Below are positions 62,929 through 64,000 of a stretch of 64,000 nucleotides of DNA, piece after piece. The translations under genes were made by a program, and so were the position numbers. The notes under the pieces are model-generated. The model did no database searches, was not told the DNA's origin, and saw nothing but the letters and a program-made list of their open reading frames with translations. Within the stretch, counting starts at the first letter, position 1, and every line of letters starts with the position of its first letter. This DNA is from an uncultured virus (IMG/VR IMGVR_UViG_3300023173_001364) (taxonomy: Duplodnaviria; Heunggongvirae; Uroviricota; Caudoviricetes), in the IMG/VR virus record IMGVR_UViG_3300023173_001364, positions 1-64,000 of that record. One strand, 5' to 3'.

Positions 62929-62957
62929 AATATAAGTATGATGTCTTGGTTTGTCAA
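62929..62957 (-). promoter_or_regulatory. Early sigma70-type promoter
   Basis: TTGACA-AACCAAGACATCATACT-TATATT. Confidence 0.85.
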
Positions 62958-62965
62958 CACCTAAA

Positions 62966-63253
62966 TCAATCTTTTTTTAGATTTTCTTTGATATCTTCGA
63001 GGGCGCCTTCGACACGACTGGGATAGTCGCCAAGATAGGTTCCGGCTTGTAAGTCATCAACATTAATAAGGTGCTTGTGAAAATGATCAATGTCATCCCA
63101 TCTCTCCAACATAGTTTTACTCATAGCGTCGAAGAACGCATCACTGAGTATAGGTTCATCTTTTTTGTAGTACGCATATGCTGCTATTAAGTACCATGGT
63201 ACCATCATGTTTATGTTTTCAGCAAACAATTCTGCTGCGTGGTCATCTAACAT
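62966..63253 (-). CDS. Stand-alone NAD+-dependent ligase domain Ia-like protein
   Basis: AYYKKDEPILSDAFFD resembles the LigA YY...P.(I)SD.E(Y/F)D motif. Confidence 0.65.
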   Translation of the reverse strand: MLDDHAAELFAENINMMVPWYLIAAYAYYKKDEPILSDAFFDAMSKTMLERWDDIDHFHKHLINVDDLQAGTYLGDYPSRVEGALEDIKENLKKD

Positions 63254-63477
63254 TTGATGCCCATTTTACGTAACATATCCTGTGCCATGCTTACATCAGA
63301 CTCGGCAGGTTGTTCTAGTAATTGGTCGATAACCATTTCTTGCAGTGTAACAGCCATTTTAAAATCTTCTTCGCTGAGAGATTTCATCCATTCTAGTACT
63401 TCATCAGTTGTATCAAATGACCACAACTTATCTAACATTTCTACTTGCTTAGTAGTCAATCCTTCAATACGTATCAT
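63247..63477 (-). CDS. Small hypothetical protein
   Basis: I.GLT..QV.MLD.LW. Confidence 0.6.
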   Translation of the reverse strand: MIRIEGLTTKQVEMLDKLWSFDTTDEVLEWMKSLSEEDFKMAVTLQEMVIDQLLEQPAESDVSMAQDMLRKMGIKC

Positions 63478-63486
63478 ACTAGAGTC

Positions 63487-63963
63487 CTATTCAAATAAGT
63501 TTGGAGCAGAGTTTTCTTGAACAAATAAATCAGGAAACTGGTTTTTTGGAATATCTTCATCTGCTGCAGATGTTTTTGTTCCGTCCAAATAAAAGTTAAT
63601 AGCCTGAATATTTAAATTAAAGTTATCGACTGCAACTTCTGCAATAGAATATACAGTATCGACTATTTCATTGTCAGCTACATTAAACAATTCTTTTTGA
63701 CCTTGACTGCCTGGTACATGTTTATCTGCTAGTACTTTATGTGCTATTTCTTCAATTTCGTGAGTTTCTTTGTTAGTAGAAACAATAATTTCTGCATAGA
63801 TTCTAAAATCAACGCCTGGTTGGTTACGACCACGCATTAATGCAGTTTTGAATTTACCTCTTCCGACTTTAAGTAATCCACGTGCAGTGATTCCTGTTTC
63901 GAAATCATCGACGTGTACCCTACCGAAGTATAAAAGAAATTCTTCGTTTCCTTTTGCTTCCAT
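63487..63963 (-). CDS. Possible GIY-YIG/T5orf172-like protein (frame is open to the window end, so the start may lie beyond it)
   Basis: LYF...LLKVGR...R...E...H..L...ELF pattern. Confidence 0.5.
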   Translation of the reverse strand: MEAKGNEEFLLYFGRVHVDDFETGITARGLLKVGRGKFKTALMRGRNQPGVDFRIYAEIIVSTNKETHEIEEIAHKVLADKHVPGSQGQKELFNVADNEIVDTVYSIAEVAVDNFNLNIQAINFYLDGTKTSAADEDIPKNQFPDLFVQENSAPNLFE

Positions 63964-64000
63964 ATTAGACGCAGTATAGCCTTCGCTTATACGCTGTTGT

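Noticed and set aside
1..64000. tRNA/rRNA genes, integrase, transposase, stop-codon reassignment
   Set aside because: Intergenic gaps are short with no cloverleaf seen; no recombinase motifs; TAA, TAG and TGA all terminate intact conserved genes

Overview
The whole window is AT-rich, densely coding DNA from a large (probably jumbo, T4/Rak2-GAP32-like) lytic myophage, using the standard genetic code. The host is probably a marine alphaproteobacterium (inference). Most genes are on the minus strand. From left to right: (1) a radical SAM / 2OG-Fe(II) oxygenase / SDR tailoring cluster; (2) thyA, a HxGH nucleotidyltransferase, cysC and DHFR; (3) a MoxR-AAA + VWA/metallopeptidase pair, a Gly-rich fibre gene and an RNase H-like flap nuclease; (4) a ~12 kb 7-deazaguanine DNA-modification locus (metK, queE, PRTase, yhhQ, folE, QueD-like DpdL, TGT-fold DpdA) interleaved with a GT-B glycosyltransferase, a cytidylyltransferase and two sugar/polyol dehydrogenases, running directly into the sliding clamp and family B polymerase; (5) a lysis module (GH19 endolysin, holin candidates) with an ATP-grasp gene and an unannotated metallothionein-like peptide; (6) a late cluster of putative capsid-packaged proteins with T4-like capsid-targeting N-termini, including a 1070-aa SLT/LysM 'polyprotein'; (7) uvsE, clpA, dnaJ, spanins, infA and phoH; (8) a host-takeover-type region of small genes behind near-identical sigma70 promoters that share an operator-like spacer motif. 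The best candidate for an undescribed system is a sugar/polyol-hypermodified 7-deazaguanine pathway; the second is a protease-processed modular capsid-cargo system. No tRNA, rRNA, CRISPR array or integrase was seen. All functional calls rest on motifs read by eye; no database search was run.
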